A DNA stretch of 53,511 bases from Hydrolagus colliei (Eukaryota), in contig JAYJKW010000147.1 in the NCBI GenBank assembly GCA_035084275.1, positions 124,001 through 177,511 on the forward strand, given 5' to 3'. The notes beneath the pieces were generated by a model that did not search any database, had not been told where the DNA came from, and saw only the letters and a list, made by a program, of their open reading frames with translations. Below, in pieces: positions 34,312 through 46,300 of this stretch (positions within the stretch are counted from its first letter, which is position 1; every line of letters begins with the position of its first letter). Both the position numbers and the translations under genes were made by a program.

Positions 34312-37300
34312 CTGAATAAAATAAATCATATGTTACACAAGTTACATCCTACGCACACCTAGACAACAGACTATAAACACACGGCATACAGGCTACACAT
34401 AAATACCTAGGATTACAGGCTATACACACGTATAAACACACTCAGAATATAAACACACATATTACAGGCTACACTCACACACATAAACAAAAGACTATAA
34501 ACACACAGAATACAGGCTACTCACAAACACCAAGATTACAGGCTGCACACACATACACACAGTCAGACTGCAGACTATAAACACACATTCAGACTAGAGG
34601 CCTCACACAGACAGCAGACTAGACATGCACACACTGGTGCCAAGCCCACCATCCACATAGATTTGATCAGTCGTCAGCAAAATGTTATCAGAAAAATATT
34701 TTGATTTGTGATTGTCAGTGAGACAGTCACTGACTGACAGAGGGGCTGGCGCAGCAGGAAGGGCACGGGGAGGGGGAGGGGCTTGGGGTGGAGGAGGGGC
34801 TGTGTGTGAGGGAGGGGATATGGGTTGTCACGTCCATGCCCATAATAAACAAAATCAGACCCACACCGACAGTGGAATCAGTGAATATCACAGCCCTGAA
34901 GGAGGCCAATTATCATAGAATCAGAGAATCGCAGAACTATATGGTATAGAAGGAGGCCATTTGGCACATCTAGTCTGTGCCGGCTCTTTGAACAGAGCAA
35001 CTCAGTCCCACTGCCCAGCTTTCTCCCCATAACCTAATAGACCTGCTCTTCCTAAATAAAGATCTAGTTCCCTTTTAAAAGCTGTTATGGAATCTGCCTC
35101 CACCACCTTTTCAGGCAATGCATTCCAGATTCGAACAACCCATTGAGTGAAATCTTTTCTCCTCAACTCCCCTCTGATTTGTTTCGAAACTATTTTAAAT
35201 CTGTGACCACGAGTCACTGATTCGCCTACCAGTGGAAAAAGTATTTCCCTATTCACCCTGTCGAAACCTCTTATAATCTTATAAACCTCTATTAGGTCTC
35301 CTCTCAATCTTCTAGAGGAAAAGATTGTTCGTTCTAGAGAGAATAAGACAAGCCTATGTAGCCTTTCCTCGTAGCTGTAGTCCCTCATTCCTGGTACCAT
35401 CCTAGTAAATCTCCTCTGCACTGTTTCCAATGCCTTAATATCCTTCCTAAAGTGTGGTGAGCAAAACGGTACATAGTACTCCAGCTGAGGCCTAACCAAA
35501 GTCTTATAGAGATTAATCAGCACTTCCTCACTTTTGTATTCTATACCCCTATTTGTAAAGCCTAGCATCCCATACGCTTTCTTATCATGTTTGTCTACCT
35601 GTCCTGCCACTTTCAAAGAGCCACTAACACAAATCCCCAGGTCTCTCTGTTCCTTCACAACCTTTAAAATTGTACTATTTAGCCTGTATTGCCTCCCCTA
35701 TTTCTTCTCCCGAAGTGTATCACCGCACACTTCTCTGTATTATTCTTTATCTGCCATGTTTCTGCCCACTTTACCATGTTATCTGTATCCTCTTGCAGTT
35801 AGCTACTATCCTCCTCACTATTTACTATTCTCCCTAACTTAGTATCATCTGCAAATTTGGAAACTGTACTCCCGAAACCCAAATCCAAATCATTAATATA
35901 TATTAGAAAGAGCAGTAGTCCCAAAACTGATCCCTGGGGGATGCTACTGCACACTTCCCTCCAGTCTGAACAGCAACCACTCACCACAACCCGCTACTCC
36001 AGGATAATCCTGGAAGCGAAGGACAACCACCGCCTCCTCTTCGCCACCACCAACCAGCTCCTCCGCCCCCCCCCCCCCCCCCCACCCCCCCCCCGTCCCC
36101 CCGCGTCTCGCTTCGTAGATCCTTTCCTCAAACGAACGTTGCGAGGAGATGTTGGACTTCCTCGAGTCCAAAATAGGGAGAATCCACTCCGCGGTTTCCT
36201 CCCCCCACCTCTCCTCCACCTCCGCCCCTCCATCCGTTATCTCAACCCTCACCCAACCCCCCCTTCATACTTTCATCCCCACCTCCCCGTTTTCAATCAC
36301 TAAAATAATTACCTCCATGAAACCCACCACGTGTTCATTGGACCCTATCCCCACCCCCCTCCTCCACACCCAGCTCCACCTTCTGGCCCCGCTTATATCT
36401 GACACAATTAACCTTTCCCTCTCCTCAGGCACCGTCCCTACCTCCCTTAAAACAGCCAGCAGCACCGCAATCCTGACGAAACCCTCCCCTGATGCGTCGC
36501 AACCATCAAGATATTGACCCATCTCCAACCTCCCGTTTGCATCCAAGGTCCTTGAAAGAGTGGTGGCCTCCCAGCTCCGCTCTTGCCTTTCAACTCACTC
36601 ACTCCTTGAACCCCTCCAATCAGGTTTCCGCTCTGCTCACAGCACAGAAACTGCTCTGGTTGAGGTGACAAATGATATCCTAACCGCCTGTGACCAGGGC
36701 TCCTTCTGCTTCTTCGTCTTCCTTGACCTGTCTGCTGCGTTCGACACAGTCGATCACACCATCCTCCTCCAACGTCTTTCTTCCCACCTCAACCTTCAAG
36801 GCACAATCCTTGACTGGTTCCATTGCTACCTGACCCACTGCCAACACTTTGTATCTTCCAACGTTTTCTCCTCAAACACCCGCAGTTTCTCACGGCGTCC
36901 CTCAGGGCTCTGTCCTCGGCCCCTCCTTTTCACCTTTTATACTCTCCCTCTGGGCAATGTCATCCGCAAACAGGGGGTAAATTTCCACATGTATGCGGAC
37001 AACATCCAGCTGTACGTTTCTGCCTCATCCCTCAACCCCCGGACCATCGATGTTCTAACAGCATGTCTGTTCGACATTGAGTCCTGGACAAGGGATAACT
37101 TCCTCAAATTGAACGTGAGTAAGACCGATGCCCTCCTGATCGGCTCAAGCCAGCACCTCCGCAGATCGGCCGCTGCCAGCCTCAACATCCAAGGCTGTAC
37201 TCTCCACCTCACAAAGCCAGTCAGGAACCTCGGCATCACGTTCGACCAAAAACTCTCCTTCCTCCCGCACATCCGCGCCTTGACCGGCACCGCTTACTTC

Positions 37301-40300
37301 CACCTGCGCAACATTCCACCCCCCAATCCCTCCATCTTGTTTCCTCCCTTTCCTCTTTCAAGGCCGGTTTGAAGACTTTCCTCTTCGACCGTGCCTTTTG
37401 TTCCACCCCGAATTTTTCGACCTCCCCTACCTGTTTCACCCCTTCCCGTACACTTCCCTCCCAGCTCGAGTCACACGCCTCCTGTGCAGTGCCTTGGGAT
37501 ATCCTCCCGACGTGAAAGGCGCTTTATAAGTGTAATTTGTTGTTGTCGTTGTTTTCTGTCTCGCGGCGAATTGTGAATCCACGCTGCCACTGTCCCTTTA
37601 ACGCCGTGGGCCTCTACTTTTCTAATAAGCCTCTCATGCGGCACTTTGTCAAATGCCTTTTGAAAGTACATGTAAACGACATCAACTGTGCTGCACTCGT
37701 CCACCCATTCTGTTACATCGTTGAAAAATTCTATCAGGTTTGTAAGGCAAGATTTGCCTTTAACAAATCCATGCTGGCTGTCGTTTTTCAGCCTATATTT
37801 TTCTAAGTGAAGATCTATCTTGTCCCTGATTATAGACTCTAGAAGTTTGCCTTCCAGACCACTGACATAGATTGACTGTCCTGCAGTTTCCAGGTTTGTC
37901 CTTCTGCCTCTTTTTGCGCAGCGGAGTAACGTTAGCAAGCTTCAAATCCAATTTGCTTTTGAAGGTTGACCCTTTCATGCATCCCAGACTGTAACAACAC
38001 TCTGTGTTGAAGAAAAATTCTCCGCATCTCCTCTCTTGGTATTCTGCCAATTATCTTCAATCTACGCCCTTTGGTTACTGACCAACCCACCAGTGGAAAC
38101 AGTTTCTCGTTCTCTACTCTATCAAATCACCGCATCATTTTGAATTCCTCTATTTAAGAGCTGTGAGATGCTGCCTGGCGATGAGGGCGCTGCTCAAAAA
38201 AAAGTTCTTGTTGTTATGGAATGTTCCCTTCACCTTCTCTGTTCTCTCTGCATAAGGTCTCTCGTTCTGGGTAACATTCTGGTAAATCTCCTCTACACCC
38301 TCGTGTTCGCGCCTTGGGATGTCCTCCCAACGCGAAAGACTTCGAGAAATGTAATTTTGTTGTTGATCGCAAGTGCCTGCCACATTCTTCCCACAAAATC
38401 AGCCAATTCAGTTTACAATGGATCCTGAAGTGCAGTCCTGGTGCTCAGTGGTGAGAGCACTCGAAGACATGATAATATGCTATTATTATATCCATCTGAA
38501 ATTTTGGTCCTACGTGACAAATGGCCAGCGCTCCATCTGCACAAACGTGCTTGCCTCCCGCTCCTACCCAGTCACCTGTGGGGTACCCCAGGGATCCATT
38601 CTTGGCCCCCTCCTCTTTCTCATCTATACACTCACTCTTGGAGATGTGATCCACAGACATGGGGCACACTTCCACATGTACGCGGATGACACCCAACTCT
38701 ATCTCTCCACTTCACTCTGCGACCCCCAGTCCCCTGATGTTCTGTCAGCGGCCTGTCAGACATCAGGAGCTGGATTAACTCAAATTTCTTGCAGCTGCAT
38801 GTGGACAAGACAGAGGCCATACTCATTGGCTTGCATCATCATCTTCAGTCACATGGCTCTTACCTCCTCCACTTTGCCAACTTGCCCCAAAAACTCTCCG
38901 AACCCGTGCGCAACCTTGGCGTCAGATTCGACCCCCAACTGTCCTTCCTCCCCCACATCTTGTCCCTCACCAGCACCGCTTTGAACCATCTCCAACGGAT
39001 CACCCGTTTACAGCAATATCTCACCCCAAATGTCGCTGAACCATGATCCACACCTTCGTCACCTCACGGCTGGACTATTTCAATGCCCTCCTCGCCAGTC
39101 TCCCCTCCCCAACAATCCATAAAATCCAATTCATCCAAAACTCTGCCGCCCGCATACTCACCCGCACCAAACGTCGCTCCCCCATTAGCCCAGTCCTTGC
39201 CAGCTCCACCATCGGCGGCCGTGCCTTCAGCCACTATGACCCAAAGCTCTGGAACTCCCTTCCTCACTCCCTTCTCCTCACCCCCTCTCTTCCTTGTTCG
39301 GGTCTCGGCTAAAGACGTTTCTTTTTGACCGTTCTTTCGGTCAACATTTTCCACCTCTCCCTGGCTGGGGCCCGGGATCCATTGTGAAGTGCTCTGAGAT
39401 GCTGTTCGGTGTGGGGGGCGCTTTATAAATCGAAGTGGTTCTTGTTGTTCTCAGAATTGGACACAATACTCCATCTGAGGCCGAAACCGTGACTTATGAA
39501 TGTTTAGCGGAACTTCCTCACTTTTATACTCTATCAACTTGTCCTATCACCTCCAAATACCCGTTTATCTGAATCCCCAGATCCCAACGCTGTGGATGCT
39601 GGATCACTCCACATTTTTAGGTTCAGATCAGATTTTATCTAACATAAAATGGCTCAAGAAGCTTGAGAGGCTGAATAGCCTCCTCCTGTTTCTATGTTTC
39701 CGCTGCCTCCCAAGGTTTCTGTCATCTGCAAATTTTAACGAGTTGCTCTTTATATGCAATTCATTAATATATATCAGAAAAGGCAACAGACGCAATGTCG
39801 AACCTGGAGGGGAACATCACTTATCTACCTTCCTCCAGCCTGAAAAACAACAGAGCTCTACCCTCTGTTCCCTGTCTCTCAGACAGTTTCATAACCATGT
39901 GGGCACTGTCCCCTTTAGGTGCTGAAATACTGCTGACAAGGCTATTATGGTGTATGTTAAGATTGTGGCCAGATCCTCAACTATTCCTGGCTGAACTTCC
40001 CTCAGTAACTGGGACACATCCCAACCAGACTGGGAGCTGCTAACCTTTTATATACATAACGGCAAGTGTAGCACCTGTCCAAGTGACAGGGAAACATAAC
40101 ACACACACACAAACTCGCACAGATACAGAGATACACAGTGTGGGAGGCAGAGACGGTGGGAGGGTAACTGAAGGCTTTGTCATTAACAAGGGATTTGAGG
40201 TGTGGCCTTGAAGGAGGTGATGCAGGGAGTGAGGAAAAGGGAATGTGGGATGGAGTTTCAAAGGAGGGGACAGAGAGGCTGAAGGTGTGACTGCTGATGC

Positions 40301-43300
40301 TGGGGTGGGCCTGCAAGGGGTATCGATCAGGCCAAAGTCCACTGAGTGGATGGAGGGAGCCATTTGATAGAGGCTCGGCAGGTTGGAGAGGTAGGAGGGG
40401 GCAAGGCAAGGATCTTGAACTCTATCCTCTGAGCGATGGGGAGCCGGGTGAGGGTGGGGTGGGGTGATGGAGTTGCGGAGCCTGGTGTGGGGGAAGACTT
40501 GGGCTCCAATGTCCTGGATGATCTGCAGCTCGTGAAGGGGAGAGTTGGTGTGGCCAACAAGGAGGGAGTTTCCAGAAGTGAGCCGACAGACGAACACACA
40601 TACACACACTGCAGGCCTCACATGTACACAAAGACGACAGGCTATTCACACACACTAGACACAAACACAGACACAGGCATTACACAGGCTACAGGCAGAG
40701 CTCAGGGTGACAGTTCCTCAGTTACAGTCAGTGTTCAGTTGTCAGTAACTCACGTTTGGCTGGAGTATAGATAGGCTTCCCTCCTGCAACTGAGAGACAC
40801 AAGTCTTAGTGACGTCACTAACAAGCTCCCAACCCCCCCCACACACACTCCCCTGCACAAACAATATCCCCCCCACCCACACACTTCCCAGCCCACAACG
40901 CTCCCTCCCACACACATACCCCCCACCCTCTCCCCTCCCACACCCACTCCACCCCCACCCCCATTCTCCCCATCAAACAAACTCCTCCCACCCACACACA
41001 CTCACCCCTCCCCCTGCACTCTCCCATCCCCTCAACCTCCTCCACCCTCCCACACAGTTTACCTTTCTTCTTGTAAATAATGAATCCCCCGACTCCGACT
41101 GCGACCAGCAGCAAAACAACAGCAGCAGCAGCAGCAACAACAAGAATGATAGTTTTCAGGCCTCCATCATCTCCTGCTCCTCCTGCTGGTTCAGTTGTGA
41201 ACACAGGAAGGTTAGAGCTCAACCATCAGCTCCCACGCCTCCCCCATCAGGGTTAATTCACTCACTACCACCCTCACTCTCTTCCCCACCTCACACTGTC
41301 TCCCCCTCACTCTCTCCCCAATCACTGTCTCTACAACCTCATGCTCTCCTCACTCTCTGTCTCCCCCTCACTATCTTTCACGCTCACCGTATCTCTCCCT
41401 CATTCTTTCGCCTCACTCTCTCTGCCCTCACTATCTATCTTTCTTGCTCATGATCTCCACCTCACTTTCTTCCCCCTCACTCTTTCTCTCCCTGATGCTC
41501 TCCACTTCACTCTCCCTTTCTCTCTCTCTCAAACAATCAATCAATCAAACAAAACTTACATCTATATGGCGGCTTTCACGTCGAGAAGATGTCCCAAGGC
41601 GCTGTACATTCAGGTAGGGACAAGAAGGGGGGGGGGGGGGGGGGGGGGTTCGGGGCAGGATGAAGGAAAGTAGAAGAATTGACAGCACATTTGTGTGCGA
41701 AACGTGGCAGCCAAATTGCGCACAGCAGTCCCACAAACAGTCACGGGAGTGGGGCCAGGGGAGACAGGTGGAAAATAGGGTAAGGGGAGAGATCGGGGTC
41801 GGGGGAAGGAGAGCAAAAAAGCCAAATGCATATTTGTCAGCGAATATACTCTCCCTTATATTCTACACTTCACTATCTCTCTATTTCACTCTCTCCATCG
41901 TGTCACTCTCTCCCCCCTCACTCTCTCTTCCTAATGGGGAATAGACAGTGAGAATGAGTTCACACTTACTGTAAACAGCATTGACGGGTTTTTCCAGGCT
42001 GCTATGGTCCACCTCACAGCTGTAACTCTCAGCCTCCTCAGGGTTGATCTCCAGGGATTTGCGGAGCTGGAAGGTTCCGTCGCCATTTGGTAAAATCTCT
42101 GATGATTCCACGTCAATCAAAATCTGTCCGTTTCTCAGCAGCTGCATATCGATCGCTCGGGGGTAGAAACCAGTGGCCAAACATGAGAGTTTAGACCCAC
42201 ACGCAGAGAAGAGAGACACCTTGGGGGGCACTGTCGGCAGATTGTGGGAATTAATTTGTTCTGTGCCCGAACTATCTCCTCCTTGAAGACTTCCCACTGC
42301 TCGTTAGCTATTTTACCTGCCAATCTTTCTCTCCAGTCCACTTTGGCTAGGTCCCTTTGTCTCCCAGTGTCTCTCACCCTGTCTTCCTGTCTCTCTTTCT
42401 CAGCCTCTCTCACTCTCTCTTTCAACCATGTCTCTTTCTCTGTTCTCTCTCTTTCCTCGCCTCCCTGCTTGTCTCACTTTCTCTCTCCTCCTCTCTCTCT
42501 TTCTGTCTCCCTCTCCCCCTCTCTTTCTGTCTCTCTCCCTGTATCCTTGTCACTCTCTCTCACCAGCACTCTCTCTCTCCGTCTCTTTCTTTCTCTTTGT
42601 ATCCCTGTGTGTCTCACTCTCCATCTCTGACTCTCTCTGTTTCACTGTCTCCCAGTGTCTCTCTCTCTCTGCCTCGCTGTGTGTGTCTATCTCTCAGTCT
42701 ACCTATCTGACTCTCTGTCTCCCCGTCTCTCTCTGTCTCCCCGTGCATGAGTCTATCCCAGTGTTACCAATCTCCCTGTCACTCTCTCTGTTTCTCCCTC
42801 TCTCTCTGTCTCCTGTTTCGCTTTCTCCCTGTCTCCCCCTCTCTCCCTGTAAGTCTCTCCCTGTAAGTCTCTCCCTCTCTATCACTGTCTCGTTCTGTCT
42901 CCCTTTCTCTGTTTCCCTTTTTGTGTTTCTATCTCTGTCTCCCTTTCTCTGTCTTTCGTCTCTCTCCTTGTCTCTCTCCCTGCCTTCGTCTCTCTCTCAC
43001 TCTGTGTGGGTGTCTCTCTATCTATCTCTCTCTTTTAGTCTTATTGTCTATCTCCATGTGTGAGTGTCTCTTTGTCTCCCTCTCTCTCTCTCAGTCTCCT
43101 TCTATGTGCCTGTGTGTGTATCTCTCTCACGTCTTACTTTCTGTCTTTCTATCTCCGTCCCTCTCTCTACGTCACTCGTTCTCTCGGGCAGAGTGATCAT
43201 AATAAGATAGAATTTTGTTTTAAGTTTGAGAATGATATCGTAAAAGAAATCAGAAGCAAGGATCTTAAATTTAGGTAAAGCTAACTTTTCAGATATGAGA

Positions 43301-46300
43301 GAAGAATCAGCAAAAAATAGACTGGGGAATTAGACTAATAGATATATCAGTAGACCAACAATAGCAAACATTTAAAGATGCAGTGCATGATTCTCAGCGG
43401 TCACATATTCCCTTCGAAAATAAGAAATACAGGGAAAGCAGTCCATCCGTGGCTAACTAGATCAGTTAGGGAAAGTATTAAACTAAACGAAAAGACTTAT
43501 CAAACTACTAAAAGAGCAGCAAACCGTACAACTGGGAGTACTTTAGGGACAGCAGGGGTAAACTAAAATGCTCATTAAGGGTGAGAAAATGGATCATGAG
43601 TGCAAGTTAGCCAGAAACATTCAATCAAACTGTAAGAGTTATTATAAATATATTAACAGGAATAGGCTAGTGATAGTCAATGTGGGTCCATTACAGGCAG
43701 AGACAGGAGGAATTATAAAGGAGGATAAGGATATGGCAGAGCACCTAATAAATATTTTGCGTCTATCTTCACGATAGAAGGCACAAAACGTCTGCCGAAA
43801 ATAGAGATGAACCAAGAGGCTAATGATAGGGAGCAACTTGGAGAAAATTGCATTAGCAAGGATTTGGTGCTAGGGAAATTGTTGGCACTAAAATGTGACA
43901 AATCCCTGGATCTGATGGTTTGCATCCTAGGGTCTTAATGGAAGTGTCTCATGAGATAGTGGAAGCCATGTGTCTGATCTTGCAAAATTCCTTGGATTCT
44001 AAAACAGTTCCCATGGATTGGAGGATCGGAAACGTCATAATTAAGAAGGGTGGGAAAGAAAATCTAGGCCAGTTAGTCTGGCATCGGTAGGGAATATTGT
44101 AGAATCCTTGATTAAGGATGTCTTAGTGAGGTACTTACCCTCCTTAAGGAGCACAATATAATTAGGCCAAGTCAACATGGCTTTTCTAAACGGAAGTCAT
44201 GCTTCACAAATCTTTTAAATATTTTTGAGGATATGTCAAGTAGATAAGATAGTCGGGAATCGATGTAATGTTTGGATTTCCAAAAGGCACTCAATAAGGT
44301 GCCACCCAAAAGGTTGATGCAAAAGTTAGGGCCCATGGAATTGGGGGAAATATATTCACATGGATTGAAGAAAGTCTAGCAATAACAAAGTTGCACTTGT
44401 ATAGCACCTTTCACGTCGGGAGAATGTCCCAAAGCGCTGAACAGTCAGGTCGGGACCGGAGCAGGGTGGTGGGGGAGTGGGATCAGGGTAGGCGGAAGGG
44501 GAAGGAGAGGGGGAGAGGGGGAAGAGTTAGTGGGGCAGCCTAAGGCGCGGTCGATGAGGAAGGTCTTGAGACCGGCCTTGAAGGAAGAAACGGAGGAAGC
44601 GAGGCGGAGGGGCTGCTGGATGCAGTTCCATAGTGTGGGAGCAGAGAGGCTGAAAGCTGGGCCGCCGATGGTTGGGCGGTTAGTGCGGTGGACGTGGAGG
44701 AATCCTAAGTCTGCTGAATGGGGGGTGCGGGCAGGCTGGTAGGGAGACCGCAGGTCAGAGAGATAGACGGGGCAAGGCCATGAATGGCCTTGAAAGTGAG
44801 TATAAGGATCTTCGATCTTCGGGGGAATGCAGAGTCAGTGGAGACGGGCGAGGTTGGGAGTGATGTGGTCGCGAAGTTTGGTACGGGAGAGTACACGAGC
44901 TATAGAATTCTGAATGTTCTGCAGCTTGTGAAGGGAGGAGCTGGGGAGGCCGACTAGAAGGCCCGTAGTCGAGCCTGGAAGTGGTAAAGACGTGGATGAG
45001 GGTTTGGTGGCGTGGGGGTGTCTGGCAATATTATGGAGGTGATGGAAGGCTGTGCCGGTCATAGAATCATAGAATTATATGTCACAAAAGAAGGCCATTC
45101 AGCCCATCTAGTCTGTGCCGGCTCTTTGAGCAACTCAATCCCACTGCCCAGCTTTCTCCCCATAACCTAACAGACTTGCTCTTCCTAAATAAAGATCTAA
45201 TTCTCTTTGAAAGCTGTTATCGAATCGGCCTCCACCATCTTTTCACGCAATGCCTTCCAGATTCGAACAACTCGCTGAGTGAAAACATTTCTCCTCAGCT
45301 CCCCTTTGCTTTCGTTTCGATACTATTTTAAATCTGTGACCACGAGTTACAGATTCGCCCACCAGTGGAAACAGTTTTTCCATATTCACCCTGTCGAATC
45401 CCCCTCGTGATTTTATAAACCTTCTGTGGAGGTGATTGAAGGCTGGGGGAGGAAGGTGTATGGCTCGGTGTTGAACAAGACACCCAGATTGCTGATTGGC
45501 TTCAAGAGGTGGAGATAACAGCCTTGAATGCTGATGTTCAATTCTCCTCACCACTCTCTCCTCCCTCTCGCCCCTCCAGCAAACTCATCCGCACTGCTCT
45601 ACAGAACGTCCGCTACCTTTCCAATAAAACCCTCACTATCTATGATCTCACCCTGGATGAGAATATTGCTATACTTGGGCTTAAGGAAACCTGGCTATCT
45701 CCCAATGACCCCATGCCTCTAGTCGAGGCCTCCACTCCAGGCTACATCTTCCACCACACCCTCCGCCCCAACCAACGTGGCAGCGGGGTGGCCATCATCT
45801 CAAATACCTCCCTTGGTCTCTCCCCCTACTCCTCTCGTTCCCTCCTTGAGAACCCCACGCTCTACTATCCTTCCCATTCCTTAAAAATCCTTCTTCTCTA
45901 ACGTCCTCCTAAATCCCCTGGCTCTTTCATCTCCAATATCTTCACTCTCCTCTTCTCCCTGTCCCTCAGCTCTGAACGCCTACTCATCATGGGTGACTTC
46001 AACCTCCACTTAAGCTCACTCTGCACCACCTCTTCCGATTTCACTTCCCTCCTCTCCTCCCTAAACCTCACCCTCCACATTGACTCTCCATCCGACAACC
46101 GTGGCTATGCCCTTGAACTCATTATCATCCATGGCCTTGACATTTCCGACCTCAGCATCTCGGAAAAGGCCATCTCGGACCAATTTCTTGTCTCCTTCTC
46201 CTCTTCCATCCCTCTCCCCACCACCAAGCCCTCAACCATACTTTTCCGCTCATGGAAAAGTCTCCCTCCTAAGACCCTCGCAGATGCCCTCACATCCTTT

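Noticed and set aside
34727-34909. Hydrophobic minus-strand ORF (AVIFTDSTVGVGLILFIMGM) as a second TM exon
   Set aside because: The hydrophobic stretch is short, there is no basic stop-transfer or donor, and it lies next to a CR1 tail within intron 6.
26710-41650. Long poly-G/poly-C runs (26710, 30715, 36063, 41626) as G-quadruplex regulators
   Set aside because: They are simple homopolymers of unreliable length in this assembly, with no positional or conservation support.
42125-42150. Leu instead of the C-strand Trp in the alpha3 Ig C1 domain (IDMQLLRNG)
   Set aside because: As I recall, this substitution is common in cartilaginous fish class I alpha3 domains, so I did not treat it as novel.
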